NCBI RefSeq assembly: GCF_004010195.1
Contig: NC_057759.1
Coordinates: 5,145,047 to 5,209,046, forward strand
DNA length: 64,000 nucleotides
Direction of reading: 5' to 3'
DNA from: Chiloscyllium plagiosum
Taxonomy: Eukaryota
Part shown: in pieces, positions 32,872 through 47,700 of the stretch
How positions within the stretch are numbered: position 1 is the first letter of the stretch
How the letters are laid out: the number at the start of each line of letters is the position of its first letter
Made by a program: the position numbers and the translations under genes
Notes under the pieces: generated by a model
What the model was told of the DNA's origin: nothing
What the model saw: the letters and a program-made list of their open reading frames with translations, nothing else
The model's database searches: none

Positions 32872-35800
32872 GTACAGAAGGTAATGACAGCAATTAACAA
32901 GCAAAGGCAGTGTTGATTATCCTAATACTAGACAGGATTTACACGGGTATAACAGAAAGCAAGGGAAATCTGGGTTAAACTGCATTTATTTCAAGATAGG
33001 AAGCCTGATAGATAAGGCAACTGAACTGAGGGCATGGATTGTTACATGGGACTGGGATATTACAGCTATTACAGAAACATTGCTGAGAGAGGGACAGGAC
33101 TTATAGCTCAATGTTTCAGGGAACAGATATTATAGGAAGGATAGAAAGGGAGGCAAGAGAGGAGAGGGGAGTTCATTTTTGATTAGGGAGAACATCACAG
33201 CAGTCCTGAGAAAGGACATCCTTGAGGGATAATTCACTGAGGAGAAAGTGAGGTCTGCAGATGCTGGAGATCAAAGTTGAAACTTTATTGCTGGAACAGC
33301 ACAGCAGGTCAGGCAGCATCTAGGGAACAGGAGACTCGACGTTTCGGGCACAGGCCCTTCTTCAGGAAATTCACTAAGTCTATATGGGTAGAACTGAGAA
33401 ATCAAAAGGGCAAGATCACTTTAATGCCATCTACTATAGGCTTCTCCCAATTGACAGTAGGAAATTGAGGAGCAAATATGTAAGGATATCATAGATAGCT
33501 GCAAGGATAATAGAATGGTAATAATAGGAGATTTTCACTTGCCTAACATCGACCTAGGCTGCTATGGTGTTGAGGGCTTGGTTGGAGAGAAATGTGAATG
33601 TGCTCAGGAATAAATTCTCATGCAGTTTGTATATGGCCCGATTAGAAAAGGCGCAAAACTTGACCTTCTCTTGAGAAATAACGCAGGGCAAGTCTCAGAA
33701 GTGTTAGCAAGTGAACACTTTGTGAATGGTGACCATAATTCTATTACATTTGACAGCTATGGAAGAGGAAAGGTGCACAAGTTAAATTTCTCAACTGGAG
33801 CAAGGCCAATTTCGATGGCCTTTGACAGGAACTTTCATGAGTTGATTCAGGGAAGCTGGTTGCAGGCAAAGGGACATCTGATAAATGAGAGGCTGTCAAA
33901 AGTGAGTTAATGAGTGTTCAGAGCCAGCATGTTCCAGTCAGAAGTAGGGAACCCTGGTTGACTAGAGATATAGAAGGAGAAAGTGAGGTCTGCAGATGCT
34001 GGAGATCAGAGCTGAAAATGTGTTGCTGGAAAAGTGCAGCAGGTCAGGCAGCATCCAGGAAACGTCAATTCTCCTGTTCCCTGGATGCTGCCTGACCTGC
34101 TGCGCTTTTCCAGCAACACATTTTCAGCTAGACATATAGAAGCCCTGGTTTTGGAAAGGAAGGAGGCAAATGACATGTATAGGTAGCTGTCATCCAGTGA
34201 ATTCCTTGAGGATTATAGAGGGTGTCACAGTGTGCTTAAGAGAGAAGTCAGCATTGTATAAAGGGGACATGAGATTGCATTGGCAGATAAGGTAAAGGAG
34301 AATCCACAGTACTTGAAGGACAAAAGAGTAATTAAGGAGAGAAGAGGGCCTCTTCAAAACCAACAATGTCTTGACGTGTAGAGCAACAAGAGATGGGCGA
34401 GATTCTAAATGAAAACTTAGAATCTATGTCAGGACAAATGCTTATTGCTTTTCATCTTCCCGATGTCATTTTGTCAATATACTGGGCCCAGTCTTTGGAA
34501 GGATCTCACAAATCATGCTTTCCTAATAACGGCATGATGCCACAAATTCAAAGACAACTCTTGCAAGTGAATCACTTCAGCAGTGCGTTTTTCTCTTTTC
34601 ACCACTGAAATAGTTACACATGCATAGCACATGACACTGACCCAGCTAAACTGAACCACCACCTAATGTGAACAGAAGCTCTGATATTTCTGCTTATATC
34701 TGTCAGTCAGGACTCCCAGATTGGACTAGACCATCAGCCCCAATCAGGGAACTCAGATTCTATGAGGTCCACCTGGCGACTTTGTTCTAATCATTGTAGG
34801 AGGGGGCTACAAAAACAGAGCAAGGAGAATCTCGGTTGATAAGCAGGGTCAGATTTGGAAACAGATGTCTCAAAATTATCAGAGCAAATTTTAAAAATAA
34901 ATTCAGGTTAAAAAGCAGAACTCAACAAGAAAGCAGAATCACCCATGGTTGGGAAAGGCGGTCAATGAGTACAGTCCAACTCAAAACAATGGTCAGTCAG
35001 AGATTTGGACATCTTTCAGGAACACACAGATGGTGTTCAAAACAGAGAAAAATTATGGTGAAAGTAAAAAGATACAAAAAACGAGCTTCTGTGGATATGT
35101 AAAAAAGAAAAGAGAGTTGCAATCTATCGGACATGCTCTAAAGTCTACAGAATTTTGGAAGATAATCATTAATCCAAGCCAAGTTGCAGTTAAAAAGGGG
35201 TGCTGCACATCTTAAAAGTATTAAGGGAGATAAGTCCCTGGGCCCTGATGGATCTATTCCAGAATATTGAGGTAGGTGAGTGAGCAAATTGCTGGAGCAA
35301 TGACAGACATCTTTGTATCTACTTTAGCCACAGGTAAGGTCCCAGAGAACTAGAAAATAGCTAATGTTACCTCATTGTTTAAGAAGGCTATCAGGGATAA
35401 TCCAGGAAACCACAGGCCTGTGAGTCTCATGCTGATGGTAGGGAGTTTATTGGAAATGATTCTCCAGGACAAGATCTATATGCATTTAGAAGCAAATTGA
35501 CTTATTTGCAATCAATACCATAGTCATGCCTCACTAACTTGATCGAGTTTTTCAGGAGACAAAGATGATTGATGAGGGAGAAGTTGATATTGTGTACATG
35601 GACTTCAGTATAGTCTTTGACAAGATCTGTCTTGACAGACTGGTTAAAAAGGTAATGTTACATGGTATCAAATGTGAGCTGGCAAGATGCATGCAGAACT
35701 GGCTTAGACATAGAAAACAGAGGGTTGTGGTGGAAGGATGCTTTTCGACTGGACGCTTGTGACTAGTGGTGTTCCATAGGGATCAGTGCTGGGACCTCTG

Positions 35801-37550
35801 CTGTTCGTGATTTACATTAATGAGTTGGAGGAAAACGTGGCAGGTCTAATTAATAAATTTGCAGACAGTACAGAGTTTGTAGGAGTTACGGATATTGAGG
35901 AAGATTGTCAGAGGATACAGCAGGATATAGATCAGTTGAAAGCATGGGAAGAAGACTGAAAAATGGAGGCTAATCCAGACAAATGTGGGTTGATGCATTT
36001 TGGAATGTTATGTAGAGGTGGAAAATATACAATGAATGGCTGAACCTTCAGGAGTATTGAAATGTAAAGAGATCTGGGTGTGCAGGTCCACAGATCACTG
36101 AAGGTGGCAGTGCAAGTAGATAATGTGAATAGACAGGCTGCCCAAAATAATTAATTTATGATGAACTTCAATATAGTGGCCATAAATTGAAGTATGCTGG
36201 GAAATGGAACCCAGCCTTAACTAAAGTGACTGTCTCAATCCATATACTGCAGAATACAGACAGTCCGCAGCTGCCACAGACAGTTTGCAAACAAACCTGA
36301 CAGCTGCAGACCCTGTAATACACACCTGGAGTTGGGACACTGAATGGGACAATGGAATGTTGCCCCAGGATAATTAGGAGCATCGAATCATTCGCAAGAC
36401 ATGGAGGCACACAGCACCCTTATTTGGAGGGAACTGTGTGCATCCAGCACTTACCAAAATGGACAACTAATGGCCACACTATCATGAATGTGCCAACACC
36501 TTGTTGGGTCTGATCAAAAAGGTAATCAAATGTAATCAATCCACTGGCAGATCCTCAAGACCCTCCCAAAAGGGCACGACGATTCAGAAGGGTAAGAATT
36601 GCCACAGAACCCCACTCAGCACGGCAACTCGAGAATCACCACTGAAAAAGAAGACACATTCAAGACCATTGGAAGAAGAGGAAGACATCACTATGTGGAG
36701 CCTGGCCAAGTTCTAGTGTGGTGGCATATGATCATACAAAGTTAAGTAAAGTTTAAGATGGTTTCTAATCTGTATCATTAGTTTCTAGTATACTTTATTG
36801 TTCCAATATTAATGATGCCAAATAAACGAGTATTATTGTGTATCATTAAGGTTCACCTCACAGTTCTTTTGCTGATTATAAGAATTTAAACATACTTTGT
36901 GGCAGGTGCAACAATAAGGTAGCGAAAAAAGACCTACGGCATGCTTGCTTTAATTTGAAGGGACATTGAGGATAAGGATAGGCAGGTTATGTTGCACCTC
37001 CATACAACTTTAGTTAGACCACCTTTGGAATATTGTATACAGTTCTGGTCACCACACTACCAGAAGGATGTCAATGGTTTGGACAAGATGCAGTAAAGTT
37101 TTACCAGGATGTTGCCTGCTATGGGGGATTTTAGCTATGAAGAAAGGTTGGATAGATTGGGTTTATTTTCATTGGAAGGCAGATAGATGAGGGTTGACCT
37201 GATCGACGTTTATAAGATTGTGAATGACATGGATAGAGTGGAAGGTATGAGGCTTTTTCCCTGGGTGGAGGGGTCAATTGCTAGGAGACAGGTGCTGGGG
37301 AAGGGTGGATAGGGAAGTCTGAAAGAGTTTTGCGAGGCAGGCTTTTCACACATAGGATGAGTGCCTGGAATCCATTGCCAGAGGTGGTGGTGGAAGCTGG
37401 CAAAATAGCTGCATTCAAGAAACACCTGGACAAATGCATGCATAGGAAGGAGCAGGGGGACAGATTAATACACAAGGGCAAAATGTGTTGGCAGAGTTTT
37501 GGAGGGTTGAAAGGCCTGTTCCTTTGCTGTATTGTCCTTTGTTCTTAATG
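32872..37550 (+). mobile_element. Long degenerate CR1 LINE (endonuclease to 3' end) with nested Penelope modules and LTRs; 5' part at about 29330-29479
   Basis: Endonuclease motifs (DITAITETLL, IIGDFHLPNID, LDLLLRN, GDHNSI) followed by RT motifs (VDIVYMDFS, GSVLGPLLF, WNPLP). Confidence 0.85.
36124..36913 (+). mobile_element. Solo LTR with 4-bp TSD
   Basis: ataa|TGTGAATAG...GGTGCAACA|ataa interrupting CR1 sequence; AATAAA at about 36821. Confidence 0.85.
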
Positions 37551-39984
37551 CAAGTAATGTTTCCAGGGTATCTTCATTCACTACTCTGGGGTGTAGATGA
37601 TCAGGTATTAGTGATTTTCTACCTTTAATATTATTATTTACCCCAGCATCATTTCCGTTCTAATCCTGATTTCGTTCACTTTTGCCCTCTCACTCAACTC
37701 CTAGTTCTCTAACATTTCAGCCACTTACTTGAGTCCTCTTTTGTGAAGACAGAAGTAAAGTAAGTGTCGCAATCTTCTGCCACTTCTTTGTTCCCCAATA
37801 TAATTTCACTTGGATTCTTACTGCTCTAGATCTACATTTATCTTTGTAAACTTGTTTTTCTCACATATTTATAGAATTTTTTTATTACTGCCAATTTGTA
37901 TGTTCACTAAAATTTTACTCTCCCACACTATTTCTACTCTTGAGCATTTATTTTCCTTTTTTTTTGCTGATTTCTTAAATGCTCTGAATCCTCAGGCTTG
38001 CCGTTTCCTTTTCTCAAGCAATTTTTCATCTCTGCTCTTTGGTTCTGTACTCTCTATAATCAATTTTATAAGTCATAGCAGAGCCACCTTTCCTCTTTTT
38101 TTCTATTTGCATCAGACAGGAATGAGTAATTCACAGGATGCTATCTTTAAACATGAAATCTTTTTATGGATTTGAGAACAGAAGCAGTGAAGTCTTGTTT
38201 CAAACACACTAGACTTTGCTGAGACTGTATATGGAGGACTGTGCGAACTTTGGGTCTCCTCATCTCAGAAAGATGATATATCCACGTAGAACTCTACCCA
38301 CCATCAAACACTTTAATATAGCTCCACAATCCATCCTTGCCAATTTGTGTCTCTTACACTCATAGTTCCCTTTATTTAGATTCAGGATGCCAGCTTCTAG
38401 TTCAACAACTTGGCCCTTCAACTTGATGAAGAATGCTGTCATATTATGGTCACTCTTTCCCAAGGGAACTGTACATAACAAGCTTGTTAATTCACCATTT
38501 CTCATTGCAAAATATCCCATGTAGAACAGCTTGTTGGCTGATTGGTTCTTCAAGGATTTGGTCTAAAAAGCCATCCCTTTCTCAATCACACACAAAAACT
38601 TCAAGAAGGTGACTCACCACCACCTTCTCAAGGACAACTAGGGATTGGCAGCAAATACTGTCCAGCCAGCAATACCCACAACTTAGACATGAATAAATGA
38701 CAAACACACACATGCTTTTGGAAATAGTCCACCACTTTGTTTTGTCCAGTCCAAATGCAAATTAAAGTCACCCAGGATTACAGAGGCACCGTTACTGCAG
38801 AAATCTTTGATGCGTCGCTTAATGCCAGAATATGCTTGTCAGAAGGCTAATGAAATGTTAACCTTTATTACAAGAGGATTTAAGTACAGGAGCAGTGATG
38901 CCTTGTTTCAAACACACCGGACTTTGGTTAGGCTGCACCTGCAGGACTCTCCAGAATGATGTCATTTCCATGTGGAGAGAGGGCCATGAAGATGCACTAG
39001 ACTTGTCCCTGAGATGAGGACAATATTCTATGAAGAGAGTGAGAGCAAACTGGGGTTGTACTATTGAGGAATTTGATGGATGAGCGATGACATAATTGAA
39101 AATACAGTAACACTACTCTTAAAAGGAGGGACATGGTAGATACATGGTAAATATTGTTTGCTGTTTGAGAGTAACTAGAATTAGGCAGGATTTTAAAACA
39201 AGTGGGACTTTGGCCGGAGATGACAGTTTATTTTGTTTTGCTTGGTAGTTTGTAATCCTTCAGAATTATGTACCTACAAAGGTCTAGGGTCAGTTATTAC
39301 TGTGCATGTTGAAGGGGTAGAGCCTGAGAGATGTCTGAATACTAATCGTTAACTGAGTTAATGGGAATGGGGTGTGTAAATTGAATTGAAGGCCTCAATC
39401 AGCCGTGATCATATTCAATGGGATTGCAGATTCAAGGGGCTGAATGGTCCACTCCTGTTCTAACATTACTCTCTTGCGAAAGTAGCACTTCCTGTTTCTT
39501 TTCTTTCAGAATTATACTCAAGTACTTTCCATCCCTAATTGTGAAATTCTGCTTGAAAATGCAAATTTATAGACTTGTCTGCTCAAAGACTTGTTCTCTG
39601 AATGAATGCTGTGCTTATGAAAATGTACTGTGTGAGATTAAACCCCAGCTGTCCTTTGTCTCAAGGAGGAACTGAAGATTCGAAATGACTGAGTTAAGCC
39701 TCATTGAGGCAAGCATTTTCAGTAAGAATATCTGACAAAAATGTGTTTCTGTAAATTACAGCTTCAACACGAAGTAATTTAACTCCGAGCCTGGAAAGTC
39801 AGCATTAACAAAGCTTTTATTTCATGTACACTCCAAGTAAGTTGCAGTCTCAATGAAGAAATTATGTATGTGAGGAAATATTGGATAGGATAGACGGATA
39901 GTTTGGGTTGGATAAATCAGATATGTAGACAGACAGATATGATATTTTCTGGTAAAAATTTGAGCATGTTTTTATAAGCTTGGA

Positions 39985-40245
39985 TTCCGTACAGTGTGGA
40001 AACAGGCTCTTCGGTCCAACAAGTCCACACCGACCCTCCAAAGAGTAACCCACCCAGTCCCATTTCCCTCTGACTAATGCACCTAACACTATGGGCAATT
40101 TAGCATGGCCAATTCAACTGAACTGCACATCTTTGGACTGTGGGAGGAAACCAGAGCACCCAGAGGAAACACGTGGAGAATGTGCAACTCCACACAGAGA
40201 GTTGCCTGATGCTGTGAGGCAGCAGGTCTAGCCACTTTGCCACCC
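39985..40245 (-). mobile_element. HE1-type SINE
   Basis: Reverse complement of the HE1 body and tail. Confidence 0.85.
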
Positions 40246-41844
40246 ATAGTATGGTATAGTAAAGACACCATTGTTTAAGGGAGTGCCACAAAGGAGTCCA
40301 CACACATCAAAATTGCACCATTTCATTAACACTGTCACTGCTGAGCCCTGGTTTAATGTGCATGATCAATGTTTTATCCCATTGGGAAGGATTTGTTGCT
40401 GAACATAGTGCTAAGAATAGAGTTACACTCAGTGAGATTTAAAAGTAAAAGTTCAAATCCAAAACATTGAATCTTAAACTGTGTGTGAGAAAAATGCACT
40501 AATTCGACAACAATGGAATACAGCAACTCTAATGAAAGACTGGTCAAGTAAAGCACTGAAATGCTACACCATCTGACAATGTGCTTTAGTGAACTTGTGC
40601 CAGAATTCAGACACTTAATAAATCATTTGGTGAGTTACTTACTGTTTTGATGGAATGGGAGAATCCAGGTAATGTTCGCACATAACACCGCACTACAGGA
40701 AGAGATAGATGTCAATTATTCCCAGAAAGGAAACAGTCCTGAAATTAACAGCCTCTCCAACAGTGTGCGAATTGCACTGACAAACTTTGCAAGAATCTGC
40801 ACACCACGTCCTTATTTCAACACTTCCCTCTTTTTTAAATCTTTTAAAGGACTTGCACTGTAGTCAGTGGAGTGCCTTTTGTTTCTCAAGATGCGTGAAA
40901 GCAATGTTGCAATCATTTGGTTCAATGGAAAGAAGAAGAGAAAATGTGCAAGGAAGTAAATCCGTATTGGTATTGCAGATGGGTGGGTATCAGTGTGTCT
41001 TGGAATTGCATCTCACTCCCCAGCATGTGCAACAAACAGAACTGTGTCTGGAACCTTTTGTTTTTCAAATAAAAGAGAGTGAGGGCACAGTACTATATTC
41101 TAGACGTGTTACCCCTGACAGAGGGAATGTCTCATTGGAGGCAACATCTCAACATTTATGGGATACACACAATTATGTGATTGCCGTGTTGCCTTCAGCA
41201 GAGAGAGAGAGAGAAAATAGATTAAAATGCACCAGTACAAGCTCCAAGCTTTAAGTGATGGCACCATTGTGGTTGTCTTCGACATTGGTGGGCTCAGTGC
41301 AGGACTCGAGGTGACAGCATTGGCATTGGCTCTCAACAACTGGGAGCCTCTGCAGTCAATGGAGAAGACAGCATCTGTGGTCAGTGTCAGATAGCTGCAG
41401 CAATGCATTAGGCCTGAATCCATACCTGGGTAGATCAATAGGAGCAGCAGTTCCTTCAGCGGCAGTGTGGGTGACCCAGTGTGGGCTCTCCTGGAATAGA
41501 CTGTGTGGACAAAATGTGGCACAGAGGAGGAGATCGGGCCCTTGTAGCAAGTGCTGTTGTTAAAGACTTTCAAAAGACCATAATATTTGATTTTCTGCTT
41601 TATTTCTGCGTTTTTCTACTTCATACAAAGAACTACTGTAATATTCAACTCTTAACTTTGTTCTTTCTTTTTATCTTGTTCTTATGATTCATACCTGAGG
41701 TGGTGCCTTGTGTGGCAACATTACACACTTTTCACTGTACTCCTGTACTTGGGTACTTGTGACAACAAAATCTAAATCTGAGAAAGGCAACGTTAAACCA
41801 GATTTGGGTGTCCCTTGTATACCCGCCATTGAGAGTAAATATGC

Positions 41845-43790
41845 AGACAGAGTCATAGAGTTATACAGCACAGAAACAGCCCCTTTGACCCAACTCATCC
41901 ACGCTGACCAAATATCCTAAACTGATCTTGTCTCATTTGCTCGCATTTAGCCCAAGTCCCTCTAAATAATTTTTATTCATGTACCCATCCAGAAGCCTTG
42001 TAAATGTCATTATTATAATCATCTCCACCAATTCCTCTGGCAGCTCATTCCATACAGTCACCTCACTCTGAATGAAAAAAATGCCCCTTAGGTCACTTTT
42101 ATTTTTTTCCCCTCTCACCTTCAACTCTTGCCCTCTAATTTTGGTCTCCCCTATCCTAGGAAAAAGACTTTGACTGCAAACGCTATCCATGTCCCTCATG
42201 ATTTTACAAATCTCTCTGAATACCCTGGTATACATGAAAAGGGAAGAAATAGAGGGATATGAATCTTGTAAGTGAAGACAGTTTTAGTATGGAATGGCAA
42301 AATGTGTTGGCACAGGCTTGGAGGGCTGAAGGGCCTGTTGCTGTTTTTTGTTGCCCCTCAGCCTCTGACACTCCAGGCAAAACAAAAAGCTCCAGTCTAT
42401 TCAGCTCCTCCCTACAGCTTGGAACGTTCAACCCTGCCAGTTTTTTTTCTGAACCCTTTCAAGTTTAACAACATCCTTCCCAGAGCAGGGAGACCAGAAT
42501 TGAAAGCAGTATTCTAAACATGGCCTCACCAATGTCCTGTACAGCTGCAATGTGACACTCAGTATTCTGACCGAAGAAAGCAAGTCTGCCAATCACCTTC
42601 TTTACCACCTTGTCAATGTACAACTCCACTTTCAAGGAACTATGCACCTATACCCCTTGGTCTCTTTGTTCAGGAACACACCCCAGAATCCTACCATTAA
42701 CTGGATAAATTCNNNNNNNNNNNNNNNNNNNNNNNNNNNNNNNNNNNNNNNNNNNNNNNNNNNNNNNNNNNNNNNNNNNNNNNNNNNNNNNNNNNNNNNN
42801 NNNNNNNNNNNNNNNNNNNNNNNNNNNNNNNNNNNNNNNNNNNNNNNNNNNNNNNNNNNNNNNNNNNNNNNNNNNNNNNNNNNNNNNNNNNNNNNNNNNN
42901 NNNNNNNNNNNNNNNNNNNNNNNNNNNNNNNNNNNNNNNNNNNNNNNNNNNNNNNNNNNNNNNNNNNNNNNNNNNNNNNNNNNNNNNNNNNNNNNNNNNN
43001 NNNNNNNNNNNNNNNNNNNNNNNNNNNNNNNNNNNNNNNNNNNNNNNNNNNNNNNNNNNNNNNNNNNNNNNNNNNNNNNNNNNNNNNNNNNNNNNNNNNN
43101 NNNNNNNNNNNNNNNNNNNNNNNNNNNNNNNNNNNNNNNNNNNNNNNNNNNNNNNNNNNNNNNNNNNNNNNNNNNNNNNNNNNNNNNNNNNNNNNNNNNN
43201 NNNNNNNNNNNNAGTGGTTTGACCAGCTGCATCACACCTGGAATATCCACTTCACATCTGCCTTTAAAATAAGAAAAAGTTAGGGTCTAGGTTACATTCT
43301 GAAAACGTTTTGAAGTGGCCTGGCCTGGTCCATAACAAGAGGAGTCTAGGGGTTCAGGTACATAATTCTTTGATGGTTGCATCACATGTGGACAAGGTGA
43401 TTAAAAAGATATTTCATTTGCTTCACTTCATTGCTCACTTGTTTGCATATTGTAATTGAGAAGTCATATTGAGGTTGTGCACTGCATTGGTGAGGCCTCT
43501 TCTGAAATGATGTTTCCAGTTCTATTCACCCTTTTATGGGAATAATATTATTAAGCTAGAGAGGGGTCAGAAGAGATGTACCAGGATATTGCCAGATATG
43601 GAATGTTTGAATTACAAAGAAAGGCTGGCATTTTCCACTGGAGTGTAAGAGATTGAGGGGTGTCCTGATAGAGGTTTATAACATCATGACAGGCATCAAC
43701 AAGATGACTATAAGGTATTTTCCCTAATGTAGAGGAGTTCAAATCTAGATGCATAATTTTAAGGTGAGAGGAGTAAGTTTTCAGCAATTA
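41845..43790. mobile_element. CR1 fragments around the N-gap at 42713-43212
   Basis: Minus strand QSLFPRIGETKIRG...VWNELPEE; plus-strand CR1 C-terminal fragment after the gap. Confidence 0.75.
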
Positions 43791-44196
43791 AATTCAACCT
43801 TCCAAAGTAAACTATTTCACACTTTTCCAGGTTGAACCCCATTTTTCCAGGTTGAACAATTCTAGCCAGATTGTGTCAGCAGGACTCCCACTCACAGGAT
43901 ATACACCATGCCCGATTAGTGTGGAGTGACCCGGTGAGTCACGGGTGAGAGATGCTTTTTAGGAGCAATCCAAACACTGGACACATTTGCATTCTCATAA
44001 AACATAAGCACAGATAGAAACATAAAGACCAATCCACCCAACCTGCACATGTTTGGACTGTGGGAGGTATCATGGAAGAGGGAACCCACGCAACTCTGTG
44101 CACAGACCAAGGTAAAAAAAATTGACTTTTAAGTACTGCCTTGGAGGCCAGGATTGAGTTTTAGTAGTTAATAAGGGACTAATGAAGGAACTCAAT

Positions 44197-44538
44197 ATGG
44201 GCTGTACCGTGGTTGAGGAAAAAGCCTCCAGGAAAACAAAAGAAAAAGGCAATGGAAATGGAGGCGGGGTCCCTTACAACATACCTCCAGAAAGTCCATT
44301 GGGCAGGATGTTGTGGAAGTGGAAAAATAATACTTGTACAAGGGAAAAAGATAGGAAAAAGATGATTAAATATTGTTGCTTTGTATGGACTAAGGAATCC
44401 ATTCTTCGTCCCGCCATCTTCTGGCCAAAGTACGGGTCGGATGAAGGCTGGGTTTGTACATATTTGAATTTATATGTCAATGGAAAACAGCCTTACAGTC
44501 AGGAGGAATCAGATTATGTTTCGTGTCGGAAGGGCTAG
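44197..44538 (+). pseudogene. gag: ERV gag matrix domain remnant
   Basis: Met-Gly start and class-I ERV matrix motif IPPxSPLG..W..KKMIxYC..W..WP..GS; ends in a premature stop. Confidence 0.8.
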
Positions 44539-44679
44539 TAGCTGAAGGGCTACTGAGGGTACACTTTGGAACTAAATCATGGCCAGACATCCAGAAAAAT
44601 ATTCAAAAGATAGAGGGGTGAAGCGAGGAGCACCTAGAGGTGTTGTTGCAGGAAGCTCAGAAAGTGTCTGTGAGATACG

Positions 44680-44713
<34 letters not shown>

Positions 44714-47700
44714 AAAAAAACAGCTATACAGGTAATGGAAAGTTTAACCCTTTGTGATTTGGTTTGAATGCACATTTATTTGTTGGTGATTGAATGTTTA
44801 TGCTTTGTTCTCTGGAGCTTGAGATCCAGGACTGTTTTGAATCTGATTTTTATTATAGAAATTTAACATGATTTTTTTTAAGGTTAAGGATTTTACAGTG
44901 ATTATGAAATAAAATGTTAACTCCTGTTACTTTTACAGGTCATGACTGCCTTACTATCAGTTTCTAATTAATCTCTTTTATCCATACATAAAAGTGATTT
45001 ATGGAGGACAGTTGAAATTTCAGTTCAACATTAGATTGTAACATATAAAAAAAATACTATGGTTAATATCTGTGACCTTGGATTCGGCCATTGTTCATGC
45101 ATTACAAGTTTCTTTTTAACTTGAATAGACAAATCCTTTTAAGGCAGCTCCGGTTATTTCACGACCTATAGCATTGTAATTGAGCAATGATTGGTCAGGA
45201 CTACTTAAGAAAACTAATTTTGGATTTAAATTAAGGGACTAAAACTGGGTGATTACAGTGGATTTCAAAGTTGGGAACTGTATGCATTTTACATTTTAAA
45301 TATTAAATACTGAATAAATGAATTTATAATATATATTTACAAGTTAGGAACAGGCTTTAAAGTTAGACAAGCAAAATTGATGAATTGGTATTTGAAGTTA
45401 TAGGGAGCAAGAAATATTGCAATATTTCTTAAAAAAATTTTTCAAGGTCTAAACAAAACATTGGGTGATGAAGAACGGCCATTAGGTGGCCCTAAGGCTG
45501 TTCAGTTGGTTAAGTCGGGTCAGCAATTGATTTGGCAACATAACATGAGAAGGAGAAACAAAAGGCAAAAATAATGATAGTCACGGTTGATGAGATAATA
45601 AAGAAAAGGGACAAAACTAAAAGGAGAAAGAAACCGGAATGGTCAGGGAGGAGATGTTAAGGGGTCTGGTGGACAGGAACAAGGATCGAAGTGGAAATCC
45701 CCACAGGCGGGATGTTATTACTGTGGAAGGACGGGTCACTTTAAGAGAGTGTCCAGATCTGAAAAAGGAAGTAAAGGCAATACCATTTATGAACCTTGAT
45801 GAAAAATAGGGGTGTCAGGAGTTCCTGACCCCGGGGACCCACCAGGAACACTTGATAAATTTAAATGTGGGACTTTATAAAGAGGACGTAGTTTTCCTAG
45901 TTGATACAGGGCTAGCAAGGTCATCCTTAAATTTTAAGCCCAAGGCAGCGGGAACGAAAGAGTTAATTGGATTATGGCGACAGTTTTGTGATGAGAGGCA
46001 CGAGGAATCAGTTTTGCGCTCATGACAAGATACTGCCACCAAATTGGGGATTGAATTAACTGCAAATGGTGCTATGAAATCTGTTGAGGTTCTTAAAAAT
46101 GAATGTGCTCGAACAAAACAATTACAGAAACAGAATGAGAGGTCACAAGTGACTAGTAAACAAACAGAACTGCGCAATTACAGTTTTTAAAATGTTTTAG
46201 TCACTTGTTGCATTTCTACCCTGAATTACAGATAATGATTTTTATATTTATATAATATATAATTAATAATTAATATTTATAATAAATTGATTGTGCTAGC
46301 CTGAATCAATACTAATTGGCAGGATCCCTTAACACATTTTCAGTGACCTGTCATGTTGATTCATAGTTAATTTAAAACATGACTCCATTAATTCATTGTT
46401 AATTAAAGAATGGAAAGCTACATTACTGGCTGATGAGGTAACTAAAGAAGCAGCCCTGAATCCACAGGAAGCAGTCGTTTATTCCTTAATACCTACTGTC
46501 CCAGGAACTTGGGAAGCTCCTATCTCTGGCCACTACCAATCCCAGAATCTAGAGATTTGTTCTTAAAGAAGCATGTGCTGGCTTGTCCTCCTCTTTGTCT
46601 TTCCTCAGGAAACACGGTTTATTGGCACAGACTCCGCCCCTTGAATTTGCTGTTCATCCGATTTGACCGGGAAATTGGGTCTTAGTTAAATCATGGACAG
46701 AGACTAAATTGCAGCCGGACTGGGAAGGGCCATACCAGGCTCTTTTGACCACTGAAACAGCAATAAGAACGGTGGGAAAGGCTGGACTCGCTACACTTGG
46801 ATCAAAGGGCCAGTGGAATCTCCAGTTGAGGAAGAAGTCTGGACAGCCGAATCAACGCAAGAACCATTGAAACTCAGACTAAAGAGACTTTGAGTAACTG
46901 ATTATACAGTGGTGACGCGAGCACGGGATTATTTCTGCAGGATTGTATATTAAGTGCTTCAGCACGATTTTTAGAATGCTGGGGATGCTTAGGGTTATGA
47001 TACTAGCCCTCTTAGTATTGGGATTTTGTCAAACGTTATTTTCATATGTGTTATTAACGGTCCCTGAGTCTGATGATCTGCAAGTAATAGACCTGATGCA
47101 TGTAGCTTAGTAAATTGTGGGGATGGAGATAATCAGAGACAGTACAACAGCTCAGAGATACATCTTAAGTCTTTTGGGGATGGTCTTGGGGCTGATACTT
47201 GGTCTAATCGTCTCGTCACAGTACACTGGGCCCCCTTCCGACCAGCTCTCGGTTGTCCCGTGAAAGAGCGTAACCCAATGTATCTAACGATAGAGAAAAC
47301 CACATGGCACGAAGCGATTGTATGGGGTGGGGGGGAGCTGGGGCACCTGTCAGGTACAATTAAATGAAACATTTGGGATAGAAATGAAAGCAAACAGGAA
47401 GGATTTCTCAGGCTGTTGTTTTCGAATTAGTGTAGGGAAGGGAAAACGGGCAGAACTACTGGATAATAAGATTCAACCTTTCACCCCTCCTGATGACCCT
47501 AAGGTGGTAAAAATTATAGAGGTAAAGGACTTGAAACAGACCATCAAAATAGAAACTGGATACGGGGATGCAAATGCCTGGGTTGAATGGATAAAGTGTA
47601 CTGTAAAAAGTCTGAACAAAAGCAATTGCTATGCATGTGCCTCCGGTCGGCCAGTGGCCCAGGGGGTTCCCTTTCCGCTCGGGTGGAAGCGAGACAGGAA

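Noticed and set aside
40787..41254. 155-aa plus-strand ORF
   Set aside because: Non-ATG start, no domain features or splice context; splice-like signals here are on the minus strand.
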